Source of the DNA: a virus
Lineage: Duplodnaviria > Heunggongvirae > Uroviricota > Caudoviricetes
Length of the DNA stretch: 48,054 nucleotides
Reading direction: 5' to 3' (one strand)
Virus record (IMG/VR): IMGVR_UViG_2563366844_000004
The notes beneath the pieces are model-generated. The model did not search any database. It was not told where the DNA came from and saw only the letters and a program-made list of their open reading frames with translations. A program made the position numbers and the translations under genes. Every line of letters begins with the position of its first letter. The stretch's first letter is position 1. Below, piece after piece: positions 39,406-48,054 of the stretch.

Positions 39406-39828
39406 TTAATGAACAATGACAGAATCGTCGGAAGACCCGCCGCCGCTGAAATGCGCTTTCCGGTAAACGGCTTGGACTGCATCATCATGCGCATCAATTG
39501 CCGTACTTAACGCTTCCTGCGCCGCCAGTAATGCACGGCGTTCCAGGGTATCGAAGATGCAGAGTCGGTGACGCAGCTCGCGCGGAAGGATTGCCAGAAT
39601 TGCTGGGATCAGCTTCTGAATTTTTTCCCTTTGCGCATTCGTTTCACCTTTCAACCAACGGTGATAGATATTCTGCTGATTGTTCCAGTCCTTGCCTGGA
39701 ACCAGGGGCAATTCGCCGCCCCCCTGGCGCAGATATTCTTCAGTAATTGCATTGGCTACCCATGCCTGCCCTTTTTCGGCTGCCAGGGCAAACAACACCG
39801 ATTCGATGTGCTCATGCTTGATTTTCAT
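39406..39828 (-). CDS. ydaT: YdaT-like protein
   Basis: 140 aa ORF between the Cro-like ydaS and the O-like gene. Confidence 0.7.
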   Translation of the reverse strand: MKIKHEHIESVLFALAAEKGQAWVANAITEEYLRQGGGELPLVPGKDWNNQQNIYHRWLKGETNAQREKIQKLIPAILAILPRELRHRLCIFDTLERRALLAAQEALSTAIDAHDDAVQAVYRKAHFSGGGSSDDSVIVH

Positions 39829-39850
39829 GAATCATTTGCCTCTTGATGTT

Positions 39851-40147
39851 TCAGGTATGATCAAATGAGGATTTGTTACTGTCATTTAGTTGCTTCACTG
39901 ACATATTCTGCGAACAACATGCCGAACGTCGTAAATATGACCAGTCAATATCAGGACGAAGTTCTTCGCACAGCACCTCACCTCTTGTTGCACGTTCAAT
40001 TGCTGGACATCTCTCGGCAGGCAATTGACGTACCCCTTTGATCCATTGATTTACGCTTGGAGGTGATACACCTAAAAGCCTAGCCATTGCTGTTTGCCCA
40101 CCGACAACAGCACAAGCTTGCTTGAATGAATAGTTCTCTTTTTTCAT
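39851..40147 (-). CDS. ydaS: YdaS-like HTH protein (Cro-position)
   Basis: 98 aa, HTH-like QTAMARLLGVSPPSVNQWIKG; divergent from repressor gene across an operator-containing intergenic region. Confidence 0.75.
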   Translation of the reverse strand: MKKENYSFKQACAVVGGQTAMARLLGVSPPSVNQWIKGVRQLPAERCPAIERATRGEVLCEELRPDIDWSYLRRSACCSQNMSVKQLNDSNKSSFDHT

Positions 40148-40175
40148 CGAATGAACTCCAAAAACACACAGAGAT

Positions 40176-40248
40176 ATTAGGCGACGCCTAATACAAATGT
40201 CAATAGGCTATGCCTAATACAATGAGAGTAGGGATTGCCTAATGCAAT
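40176..40248. promoter_or_regulatory. Operator cluster (three palindromic sites) in the racR / ydaS divergent promoter region
   Basis: ATTAGGCGACGCCTAAT (about 40176-40192), AATAGGCTATGCCTAAT (about 40202-40218), ATTGCCTAATGCAAT (about 40234-40248); shared half-sites ATTAGGC / GCCTAAT. Confidence 0.55.
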
Positions 40249-40270
40249 GAGCATAGGAGAATATTAAGCA

Positions 40271-40747
40271 ATGCTTAGTGGTAAAGACTTAGGCCGAGCG
40301 ATAGAGCAGGCCATTAACAAAAAAATCGCATCGGGATCCGTCAAATCAAAGGCGGAGGTCGCACGCCACTTCAAAGTCCAACCACCATCAATCTATGACT
40401 GGATTAAGAAAGGCTCCATAAGTAAAGATAAACTTCCAGAATTATGGCGTTTCTTTGCTGATGTTGTTGGTCCAGAGCATTGGGGGCTTAACGAATACCC
40501 CATACCAACCCCCACCAATCCAGATACAAAAAGTGAACTTTTAGATATAAACAACCTTTATCAAGCAGCCTCTGATGAAATAAGAGCGATTGTAGCTTTC
40601 CTGTTATCTGGAAATGCTACAGAACCAGATTGGGTTGACCACGATGTTCGCGCCTACATAGCAGCGATGGAAATGAAAGTGGGTAAGTATCTGAAAGCTC
40701 TAGAATCTGAACGGAAAAGCCAGAACATCACAAAAACTGGAACTTAA
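40271..40747 (+). CDS. racR: Prophage repressor RacR-like (CI-position HTH protein)
   Basis: 158 aa, N-terminal HTH (SKAEVARHFKVQPPSIYDWIKKG), divergent to ydaS, flanked on both sides by operator-like palindromes. Confidence 0.75.
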   Translation: MLSGKDLGRAIEQAINKKIASGSVKSKAEVARHFKVQPPSIYDWIKKGSISKDKLPELWRFFADVVGPEHWGLNEYPIPTPTNPDTKSELLDINNLYQAASDEIRAIVAFLLSGNATEPDWVDHDVRAYIAAMEMKVGKYLKALESERKSQNITKTGT

Positions 40748-40823
40748 ACTTATATGGTCTGACGGAAAACTCCTGGATTCCGTTATTTAACCCCCCCATC
40801 ACTTTCTCCAGTCGCCATCACCT

Positions 40824-40884
40824 ATTAGGTTACGCTTAAAACATTAGGCATAGCCTATTGACAATCAATTAGGCATTACCTATA
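40824..40884. promoter_or_regulatory. Second operator-like cluster downstream of racR (OL-like)
   Basis: ATTAGGCATAGCCTATT (about 40843-40859, exact reverse complement of the second OR site) and ATTAGGCATTACCTATA (about 40868-40884), plus ATTAGGT half-site at about 40824. Confidence 0.45.
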
Positions 40885-41055
40885 GTTCCAGCATACCACC
40901 CACCCCGCCCCACAGAACGCCAGGCAATACTTCGAGTTACCAGGCAGTGGTCAGGGGTTAAGTAGCCAGCCCGAGGCGTATGAACATGACGGCGGGATTC
41001 AAATTTTGCAGTGCAGCAGTTAGTTCCGCCACCCGGCGTTAAGGGGAGAGATAAG

Positions 41056-41190
41056 ATGGTGCATTACGAAGTAGTTCAGTATTTGATGGATTGTTGCGGT
41101 ATCACTTACAGCCAGGCTGTGCAGGCTTTACGTAGCAACGACTGGGATCTCTGGCAAGCAGAAGCCTCTATCCGCAACAACAAGATGTGA
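41056..41190 (+). CDS. ydaG: YdaG-like small protein
   Basis: 44 aa: MVHYEVVQYLMDCCGITYSQAVQALRSNDWDLWQAEASIRNNKM; below track cutoff, read directly from sequence. Confidence 0.7.
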   Translation: MVHYEVVQYLMDCCGITYSQAVQALRSNDWDLWQAEASIRNNKM

Positions 41191-41200
41191 GGTGCGAAAA

Positions 41201-41353
41201 ATGCAAAAAATCGACCTCGGCAATAACGAATCCATGGTGTGCGGCGTGTTCCCTAACCAAGATGGAACGTTCACTGCTATGACGTATACCAAAAGCAAAA
41301 CATTTAAAACAGAAACAGGCGCACGTCGCTGGCTTGCCAGAAATACTTGCTAA
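41201..41353 (+). CDS. ydaF: YdaF-like small protein
   Basis: 50 aa: MQKIDLGNNESMVCGVFPNQDGTFTAMTYTKSKTFKTETGARRWLARNTC; read directly from sequence. Confidence 0.7.
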   Translation: MQKIDLGNNESMVCGVFPNQDGTFTAMTYTKSKTFKTETGARRWLARNTC

Positions 41354-41773
41354 TCCATTATTTGGATTAATTCAATATTCTCGCTGTAGGGGTATAGCAG
41401 AAACCACCAAAGCCCGGAGGTGGTGAAATAAAACCGGGCACAACACGAAGGCGCATTTCCGATATCCATAAAGAGTCGGTCTTGTCTGTTAAATTTAAAT
41501 GGTGGGAGTGCGCCTCCGGTTGTGGATAACAACACTGCTATGTGTAGTCTTGGCGGCATCAGTTTTTTCTTGAAGTTCGACTGATGCCCGCCCTTTTTAA
41601 AGTGAATTTTGTGATGCGGTGAATGCGGCTAAGCGCACGCGGCACAGTTAAAAGTCATGTTAGTCCTTATTGGTTTGGGTGGGAAAGCCGACTGTAATTG
41701 TTAACTGGTTGCAGTCACCTGGAGGCACCAGGCACCGCATCAACAAAGTTCATTTGTAAAAATGGAGATAATT

Positions 41774-41995
41774 ATGATTGCACATCACTTCGGAACTGAT
41801 GAAATACCACGTCAGTGTGTGACTCCTGGTGACTATGTTCTTCATGAAGGCCGGACATATATTGCCTCGGCAAACAATATTAAAAAGCGAAAACTTTATA
41901 TTCGTAACCTGACCACAAAAACATGCATTACTGACTGCATGATTAAAGTCTTCCTCGGTCGTAATGGTTTACCTGTAAAGGCGGAGTCATGGTGA
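41774..41995 (+). CDS. kilR: KilR cell division (FtsZ) inhibitor
   Basis: 73 aa from [54 protein letters not shown]... Confidence 0.9.
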   Translation: MIAHHFGTDEIPRQCVTPGDYVLHEGRTYIASANNIKKRKLYIRNLTTKTCITDCMIKVFLGRNGLPVKAESW

Positions 41996-42165
41996 TGACT
42001 AAGAAAATAAAATGTGCTTACCACCTTTGCAATAAAGAAATTGAAGAAAGCAAAAGTATCAAAAGACCACTTCATTTCATGCGTGGAGTTATCCAAACGA
42101 CGGAAATGAAAAAATATTGTAGTGAAAGTTGTGCCGAAAAAGACCAGATGGCACACGAACTTTAA
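41995..42165 (+). CDS. ydaE: YdaE-like Cys-rich small protein
   Basis: 56 aa: [56 protein letters not shown]; start overlaps kilR stop; read directly from sequence. Confidence 0.7.
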   Translation: MTKKIKCAYHLCNKEIEESKSIKRPLHFMRGVIQTTEMKKYCSESCAEKDQMAHEL

Positions 42166-42239
42166 TTAACTGACTATGCGAAACTGAATTTATGCCAGCA
42201 ATGGCAGGGATTCGCTCAACCTTAATTAAGGAGAAAAAC

Positions 42240-42515
42240 ATGATTACCAGTTATGAAGCCACTGTTGTAACTACTGATGACATTGTTCACGAGGTTAATC
42301 TGGAAGGAAAGCGTATTGGCTACGTGATTAAAACAGAAAATAAAGAAACCCCATTCACTGTGGTTGATATCGACGGTCCATCAGGCAACGTTAAAACACT
42401 TCACGAAGGTGTCAAAAAAATGTGCCTGGTGCATACCGGAAAGAATCTGCCCGCAGAAAAAAAAGCCGAATTTCTGGCAACTCTAATTGCAATGAAATTA
42501 AAAGGTGAAATCTGA
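42240..42515 (+). CDS. racC: RacC protein
   Basis: 91 aa from MITSYEATVVTTDDIVHEVNLEGKRIGYVIKTENKETPF... (track ORF begins 16 codons upstream). Confidence 0.85.
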   Translation: MITSYEATVVTTDDIVHEVNLEGKRIGYVIKTENKETPFTVVDIDGPSGNVKTLHEGVKKMCLVHTGKNLPAEKKAEFLATLIAMKLKGEI

Positions 42516-42616
42516 AAGAAATAGCCTGCGTATGGCGCAGGCTATGAACAGTGTGTATCCGGCAAGATCATTCACTGAACAAAACGAATTTTAATCTGAG
42601 TTGAGGTTAAAAAACA

Positions 42617-45268
42617 ATGAGCACAAAACCACTCTTCCTGTTACGGAAAGCGAAAAAATCATCCGGTGAACCTGACGTCGTCCTGTGGGCAAGCGACGAT
42701 TTTGAATCGACCTGTGCCACTCTGGACTACCTGATCGTTAAGTCAGGTAAAAAACTGAGCAACTATTTTAAAGCTGTTGCCACAAATTTTCCTGTCGTTA
42801 ATGACCTTCCCCCTGAAGGTGAGATCGATTTTACCTGGAGTGAACGCTATCAACTCAGCAAAGACTCCATGACATGGGAACTAAAACCGGGAGCAGCGCC
42901 AGACGACGTTCACCACCAGGATAATGCTCAAGAAACCAACGAACTGGCGGGAGGCCAGGAAGAAAACGCGCAGGCAGACGCCCACGAGGATTGCCAGGAT
43001 TGCGAAGTCTCTGTAGCCACTTTGCGGTTCACACAGCGTCTTCTGCACATTTTTACGTATGCGGCCGGGGATCGGAAATACCTGCATCATGCCACCCGAG
43101 AACAACGCGAACACATTACTGCTCTTGAGATGGATCAGGAAAACAGCTATGTCCAGAATCTGCTGTTGGCCATACGCGGCATGGCAGAACCGACAACTCT
43201 GGATAATGCCGCCCTGCTCCGCCTGACTGATGCAATTAAGGCAGTTTTCTCTATCACTAAAAAACATCAGCCCTATGAATTTAAGAATTTCATTTCAGCC
43301 TGGCTGGATACCGAACACATTGATCGCGGTCTTCTGACAAAAGAATGGCGAAAAGGGAATCGTGTTTCACGCATCACTCGCACGGCTTCCGGTGCTAATG
43401 CTGGCGGCGGGAACCTCACAGATCGCGGCGAAGGTTTCGTCCACGATCTGACGTCACTGGCGCGCGATATAGCCACTGGCGTACTGGCCCGTTCAATGGA
43501 CGTGGACATCTATAACCTTCATCCGGCACACGCTAAACGCATTGAGGAAATTATCGCTGAAAATAAACCGCCCTTTTCTGTTTTCCGCGACAAATTCATC
43601 ACCATGCCTGGCGGGCTGGATTATTCCCGCGCCATCGTGGTTGCGTCCGTGAAAGAAGCACCAATTGGGATCGAGGTCATCCCCGCTCACGTCACTGCAT
43701 ATCTGAACAAAGTACTGACTGAAACCGATCATGCCAACCCTGATCCGGAAATCGTGGATATTGCCTGCGGTCGCTCCTCTGCCCCGATGCCGCAGCGAGT
43801 AACAGAAGAAGGAAAACAGGATGATGAAGAAAAACTGCAACCATCTGGAACAACGGCAGATGAACAGGGAGAGGCTGAAACAATGGAACCGGACGCAACT
43901 AAACATCATCAGGACACGCAGCCGCTGGATGCTCAGTCACAGGTAAATTCTGTTGATGCGAAATATCAGGAACTGCGGGCAGAACTCCATGAAGCTCGGA
44001 AAAACATTCCATCAAAAAATCCTGTCGATGCCGATAAATTGCTTGCTGCATCACGTGGTGAATTTGTTGACGGAATTAGCGACCCGAACGATCCGAAATG
44101 GGTTAAGGGGATCCAGACTCGCGATTCTGTGTACCAGAACCAGCCAGAAACGGAAAAAACCAGCCCGGATATGAAACAACCTGAGCCAGTAGTGCAACAG
44201 GAACCGGAAATAGCCTGCAATGCCTGCGGCCAGACTGGCGGGGATAACTGCCCTGACTGTGGTGCGGTGATGGGCGACGCAACAAACCAGGAAACATTCG
44301 ATGAAGAGAATCAGGTTGAAGCTAAGGAAAATGATCCGGAGGAAATGGAAGGCGCTGAACATCCGCACAATGAGAATGCTGGCAGCGATCCGCATCGCGA
44401 TTGCAGTGATGAAACTGGCGAAGTCGCAGATCCCGTAATCGTAGAAGACATAGAGCCAGGTATTTATTACGGAATTTCGAATGAGAATTACCACGCAGGT
44501 CCCGGTGTCAGTAAGTCTCAGCTCGATGACATTGCTGATACTCCGGCACTGTATTTGTGGCGTAAAAATGCCCCCGTGGACACCACAAAGACAAAAACGC
44601 TCGATTTAGGAACCGCTTTCCACTGCCGGGTACTTGAACCGGAAGAATTCAGTAACCGCTTTATCGTAGCACCTGAATTTAACCGCCGTACAAACGCCGG
44701 AAAAGAAGAAGAGAAAGCGTTTCTGATGGAATGCGCAAGCACAGGAAAAATGGTTATCACTGCGGAAGAAGGCCGGAAAATTGAACTGATGTATCAAAGC
44801 GTTATTGCTTTGCCGCTGGGGCAATGGCTTGTTGAAAGCGCCGGACACGCTGAATCATCAATTTACTGGGAAGATCCTGAAACAGGAATTTTGTGTCGGT
44901 GCCGTCCGGACAAAATTATCCCTGAATTTCACTGGATCATGGACGTGAAAACTACGGCGGATATTCAACGATTCAAAACCGCTTATTACGACTACCGCTA
45001 TCACGTTCAGGATGCATTCTACAGTGACGGTTATGAAGCACAGTTTGGAGTGCAGCCAACTTTCGTTTTTCTGGTTGCCAGCACAACTATTGAATGCGGA
45101 CGTTATCCGGTTGAAATTTTCATGATGGGCGAAGAAGCAAAACTAGCAGGTCAGCTGGAATATCACCGCAATCTGCGAACCCTGGCTGACTGCCTCAATA
45201 CCGATGAATGGCCAGCTATTAAGACGTTATCACTGCCCCGCTGGGCTAAGGAATATGCAAATGACTAA
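42617..45268 (+). CDS. recE: Exodeoxyribonuclease VIII RecE
   Basis: 883 aa; acidic low-complexity middle region, C-terminal nuclease domain; overlaps recT start; canonical recE-recT order. Confidence 0.95.
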   Translation: MSTKPLFLLRKAKKSSGEPDVVLWASDDFESTCATLDYLIVKSGKKLSNYFKAVATNFPVVNDLPPEGEIDFTWSERYQLSKDSMTWELKPGAAPDDVHHQDNAQETNELAGGQEENAQADAHEDCQDCEVSVATLRFTQRLLHIFTYAAGDRKYLHHATREQREHITALEMDQENSYVQNLLLAIRGMAEPTTLDNAALLRLTDAIKAVFSITKKHQPYEFKNFISAWLDTEHIDRGLLTKEWRKGNRVSRITRTASGANAGGGNLTDRGEGFVHDLTSLARDIATGVLARSMDVDIYNLHPAHAKRIEEIIAENKPPFSVFRDKFITMPGGLDYSRAIVVASVKEAPIGIEVIPAHVTAYLNKVLTETDHANPDPEIVDIACGRSSAPMPQRVTEEGKQDDEEKLQPSGTTADEQGEAETMEPDATKHHQDTQPLDAQSQVNSVDAKYQELRAELHEARKNIPSKNPVDADKLLAASRGEFVDGISDPNDPKWVKGIQTRDSVYQNQPETEKTSPDMKQPEPVVQQEPEIACNACGQTGGDNCPDCGAVMGDATNQETFDEENQVEAKENDPEEMEGAEHPHNENAGSDPHRDCSDETGEVADPVIVEDIEPGIYYGISNENYHAGPGVSKSQLDDIADTPALYLWRKNAPVDTTKTKTLDLGTAFHCRVLEPEEFSNRFIVAPEFNRRTNAGKEEEKAFLMECASTGKMVITAEEGRKIELMYQSVIALPLGQWLVESAGHAESSIYWEDPETGILCRCRPDKIIPEFHWIMDVKTTADIQRFKTAYYDYRYHVQDAFYSDGYEAQFGVQPTFVFLVASTTIECGRYPVEIFMMGEEAKLAGQLEYHRNLRTLADCLNTDEWPAIKTLSLPRWAKEYAND

Positions 45269-46070
45269 GCAACCACCAATCGCAAAAGCCGATCTGCAAA
45301 AAACTCAGGAAAACCGTGCACCAGCAGCAATTAAAAATAACGACGTGATTAGTTTTATTAACCAGCCATCAATGAAAGAGCAACTGGCAGCAGCTCTTCC
45401 ACGCCATATGACGGCTGAACGTATGATCCGTATCGCCACCACAGAAATTCGTAAAGTTCCGGCGTTAGGAAACTGTGACACTATGAGTTTTGTCAGTGCA
45501 ATCGTACAGTGTTCACAGCTCGGACTTGAGCCAGGTAGCGCCCTCGGTCATGCATATTTACTGCCTTTTGGTAATAAAAACGAAAAGAGCGGTAAAAAAA
45601 ACGTTCAGCTAATCATTGGCTATCGCGGCATGATTGATCTGGCTCGCCGTTCAGGTCAAATCGCCAGTCTGTCAGCCCGTGTTGTCCGTGAAGGTGACGA
45701 ATTTAATTTCGAATTTGGCCTTGATGAAAAGTTAATACACCGCCCAGGAGAAAACGAAGATGCCCCGGTTACCCACGTCTATGCTGTCGCAAGACTGAAA
45801 GACGGAGGTACTCAGTTTGAAGTTATGACGCGCAGACAGATTGAGCTGGTGCGCAGCCAGAGTAAAGCTGGTAATAACGGGCCGTGGGTAACTCACTGGG
45901 AAGAAATGGCAAAGAAAACAGCTATTCGTCGCCTGTTCAAATATCTGCCCGTATCAATTGAGATCCAGCGTGCAGTATCAATGGATGAAAAGGAACCACT
46001 GACAATCGATCCTGCAGATTCCTCTGTATTAACCGGGGAATACAGTGTAATCGATAATTCAGAGGAATAA
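45261..46070 (+). CDS. recT: Single-strand annealing recombinase RecT
   Basis: 269 aa from [50 protein letters not shown]...; track ORF begins 19 codons upstream. Confidence 0.95.
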   Translation: MTKQPPIAKADLQKTQENRAPAAIKNNDVISFINQPSMKEQLAAALPRHMTAERMIRIATTEIRKVPALGNCDTMSFVSAIVQCSQLGLEPGSALGHAYLLPFGNKNEKSGKKNVQLIIGYRGMIDLARRSGQIASLSARVVREGDEFNFEFGLDEKLIHRPGENEDAPVTHVYAVARLKDGGTQFEVMTRRQIELVRSQSKAGNNGPWVTHWEEMAKKTAIRRLFKYLPVSIEIQRAVSMDEKEPLTIDPADSSVLTGEYSVIDNSEE

Positions 46071-46126
46071 TTCAGTCTGGCGGTGTAATGCACCGCCAAC
46101 TTGAAATATTTTTTATGAGAAAAATT

Positions 46127-46321
46127 ATGAGATATGACAATGTTAAACCATGTCCATTTTGTGGTTGTCCATCAGTAACGGTGAAAGCCATTTCAGGATA
46201 TTACCGAGCGAAGTGTAACGGATGCGAATCCCGAACCGGTTATGGTGGAAGTGAAAAAGAAGCACTCGAAAGATGGAATAAACGAACCACTGGAAATAAT
46301 AATGGAGGTGTTCATGTATAA
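46127..46321 (+). CDS. ralR: Restriction alleviation protein RalR (Lar)
   Basis: 64 aa from MRYDNVKPCPFCGCPSVTVKAISGYYRAKCNGCESRTGYGGSEKEALERWNKRTTG...; four-Cys zinc ribbon. Confidence 0.9.
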   Translation: MRYDNVKPCPFCGCPSVTVKAISGYYRAKCNGCESRTGYGGSEKEALERWNKRTTGNNNGGVHV

Positions 46322-46502
46322 AATTACCGCCACTATTGAAAAGGAAGGTGGCACTCCTACTAACTGGACAAGATATTCAAAATCTAAACTAACGAAATCA
46401 GAATGCGAAAAAATGCTCTCAGGTAAAAAAGAAGCAGCCGTTTCCAGAGAGCAGAAAGTAAAACTGATAAATTTTAATTGCGAGAGACTTCAGTCCTCGT
46501 GA
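46314..46502 (+). CDS. ydaC: YdaC-like small protein
   Basis: 62 aa from MYKITATIEKEGGTPTNWTRYSKSKLTKSECEKMLSGKKEA...; start overlaps ralR stop. Confidence 0.7.
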   Translation: MYKITATIEKEGGTPTNWTRYSKSKLTKSECEKMLSGKKEAAVSREQKVKLINFNCERLQSS

Positions 46503-46601
46503 ATTGCATTGTATTCAAATTAAAACTTCATAGCTGATTATTAATAATCAACATCGGGCGTCAATTTCAGTCTAACATTGGCGCCTGCCAGAGGTGATGC
46601 G

Positions 46602-46817
46602 ATGGCACAAGTAATCTTTAATGAAGAGTGGATGGTTGAATACGGCCTGATGCTTCGCACTGGTCTGGGGGCCAGACAAATTGAAGCATACCGCCAGAAC
46701 TGTTGGGTGGAAGGCTTCCACTTCAAACGAGTATCTCCTTTAGGGAAGCCAGACAGTAAGCGAGGGATTATCTGGTACAACTATCCAAAGATAAATCAGT
46801 TTATCAAAGACTCATGA
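46602..46817 (+). CDS. xisR: Excisionase (XisR / YdaQ-like)
   Basis: 71 aa from [44 protein letters not shown]...; immediately upstream of integrase. Confidence 0.7.
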   Translation: MAQVIFNEEWMVEYGLMLRTGLGARQIEAYRQNCWVEGFHFKRVSPLGKPDSKRGIIWYNYPKINQFIKDS

Positions 46818-46818
46818 T

Positions 46819-48054
46819 ATGTCTAAATTACCAACAGGTGTCGAGATTAGAGGTAGATACATTCGCATCTGGTTCATGTTTCGAGGAAAACGATGTCGGG
46901 AAACATTAAAAGGCTGGGAGATTACAAACAGTAATATTAAAAAGGCCGGAAATTTAAGATCGCTGATAGTTCATGAAATAAACTCCGGTGAATTTGAGTA
47001 TTTAAGACGTTTTCCCCAGTCCAGCACTGGGGCAAAAATGGTGACAACGAGAGTCATAAAAACGTTCGGAGAACTTTGTGATATCTGGACAAAAATTAAA
47101 GAGACAGAGTTAACAACAAACACAATGAAGAAAACGAAATCACAATTAAAAACACTCAGAATAATAATTTGTGAAAGTACCCCGATATCACATATTCGTT
47201 ATAGCGATATCTTAATCTACCGGAATGAACTGCTGCATGGAGAAACGCTTTACCTGGATAATCCAAGATCCAACAAAAAAGGAAGAACCGTGCGCACAGT
47301 TGATAACTATATCGCCCTGCTCTGTTCGCTGTTGCGTTTTGCGTATCAGTCGGGATTTATATCAACCAAACCATTTGAAGGAGTAAAAAAATTACAGCGA
47401 AACAGAATAAAGCCTGATCCGTTATCTAAAACAGAATTCAATGCATTAATGGAAAGTGAAAAAGGACAGAGCCAGAACTTGTGGAAATTTGCCGTTTACT
47501 CAGGACTTCGTCACGGGGAACTGGCAGCTCTGGCGTGGGAGGATGTGGATCTCGAAAAGGGAATAGTGAATGTCAGAAGAAACCTGACGATACTTGATAT
47601 GTTCGGTCCCCCAAAAACAAATGCCGGGATCCGGACAGTAACACTACTGCAGCCTGCTCTTGAAGCACTGAAGGAGCAATACAAACTGACCGGGCATCAT
47701 CGCAAAAGCGAAATCACTTTTTATCATCGGGAGTACGGCAGAACCGAAAAGCAAAAACTGCATTTTGTTTTCATGCCCAGAGTGTGTAACGGAAAACAGA
47801 AACCTTATTACTCGGTAAGCAGTTTGGGTGCGAGATGGAATGCAGCAGTAAAACGTGCTGGTATTCGCCGCCGTAATCCGTACCATACGCGGCATACTTT
47901 TGCCTGCTGGCTGTTGACGGCAGGAGCGAACCCGGCGTTTATAGCCAGCCAGATGGGGCATGAAACTGCGCAGATGGTGTATGAAATTTACGGTATGTGG
48001 ATTGATGACATGAACGACGAACAGGTAGCCATGTTGAATGCGCGGTTATCGTAG
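46819..48054 (+). CDS. intR: Tyrosine integrase IntR (Rac prophage integrase)
   Basis: 411 aa; C-terminal catalytic region with HTRHTFACWLLTAGANPAFIASQMGHETAQM and Tyr in VYEIYGMW; stop codon is the last codon of the window. Confidence 0.9.
   Translation: MSKLPTGVEIRGRYIRIWFMFRGKRCRETLKGWEITNSNIKKAGNLRSLIVHEINSGEFEYLRRFPQSSTGAKMVTTRVIKTFGELCDIWTKIKETELTTNTMKKTKSQLKTLRIIICESTPISHIRYSDILIYRNELLHGETLYLDNPRSNKKGRTVRTVDNYIALLCSLLRFAYQSGFISTKPFEGVKKLQRNRIKPDPLSKTEFNALMESEKGQSQNLWKFAVYSGLRHGELAALAWEDVDLEKGIVNVRRNLTILDMFGPPKTNAGIRTVTLLQPALEALKEQYKLTGHHRKSEITFYHREYGRTEKQKLHFVFMPRVCNGKQKPYYSVSSLGARWNAAVKRAGIRRRNPYHTRHTFACWLLTAGANPAFIASQMGHETAQMVYEIYGMWIDDMNDEQVAMLNARLS

Noticed and set aside
42881-44494. 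Multiple minus-strand ORFs inside recE (e.g. 42881..43267, 43493..43909, 44051..44494)
   Set aside because: Antisense to recE, which is continuous and recognisable; no start-site signals noted

Overview
The whole 48 kb window is one lambdoid prophage of the Rac family (E. coli type); no host genes are evident. Late and structural genes run on the minus strand from the left edge: side tail fibre, lom, lambda-like tail genes J-I-K-L-M-H, G/T tail chaperone with a -1 frameshift, tail tube, head-tail connectors, major capsid, scaffold, Mu F-like head protein, portal and terminase. These are followed by a ParB-like gene, trkG, a P21-type lysis cassette (pinholin, SAR endolysin, Rz/Rz1), two tRNA genes (Thr-UGU, Gly-UCC) and a Q-like antiterminator. 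The early region continues on the minus strand with the ydaS-ydaT-ydaU-ydaV replication/immunity operon, then switches to the plus strand: racR repressor, ydaG, ydaF, kilR, ydaE, racC, recE, recT, ralR, ydaC, xis and intR, whose stop codon ends the window. The most notable accessory cargo is an AAA+ ATPase plus a multidomain S8 subtilase (ietAS-like defence pair architecture), with the protease gene split in frame by an IS903 copy flanked by a perfect 9 bp target duplication. All calls rest on reading the six-frame ORFs and the DNA by eye; no searches were run. Coordinates I derived myself (tRNAs, IS ends, small ORFs, operators, hairpins) may be off by a few nucleotides.
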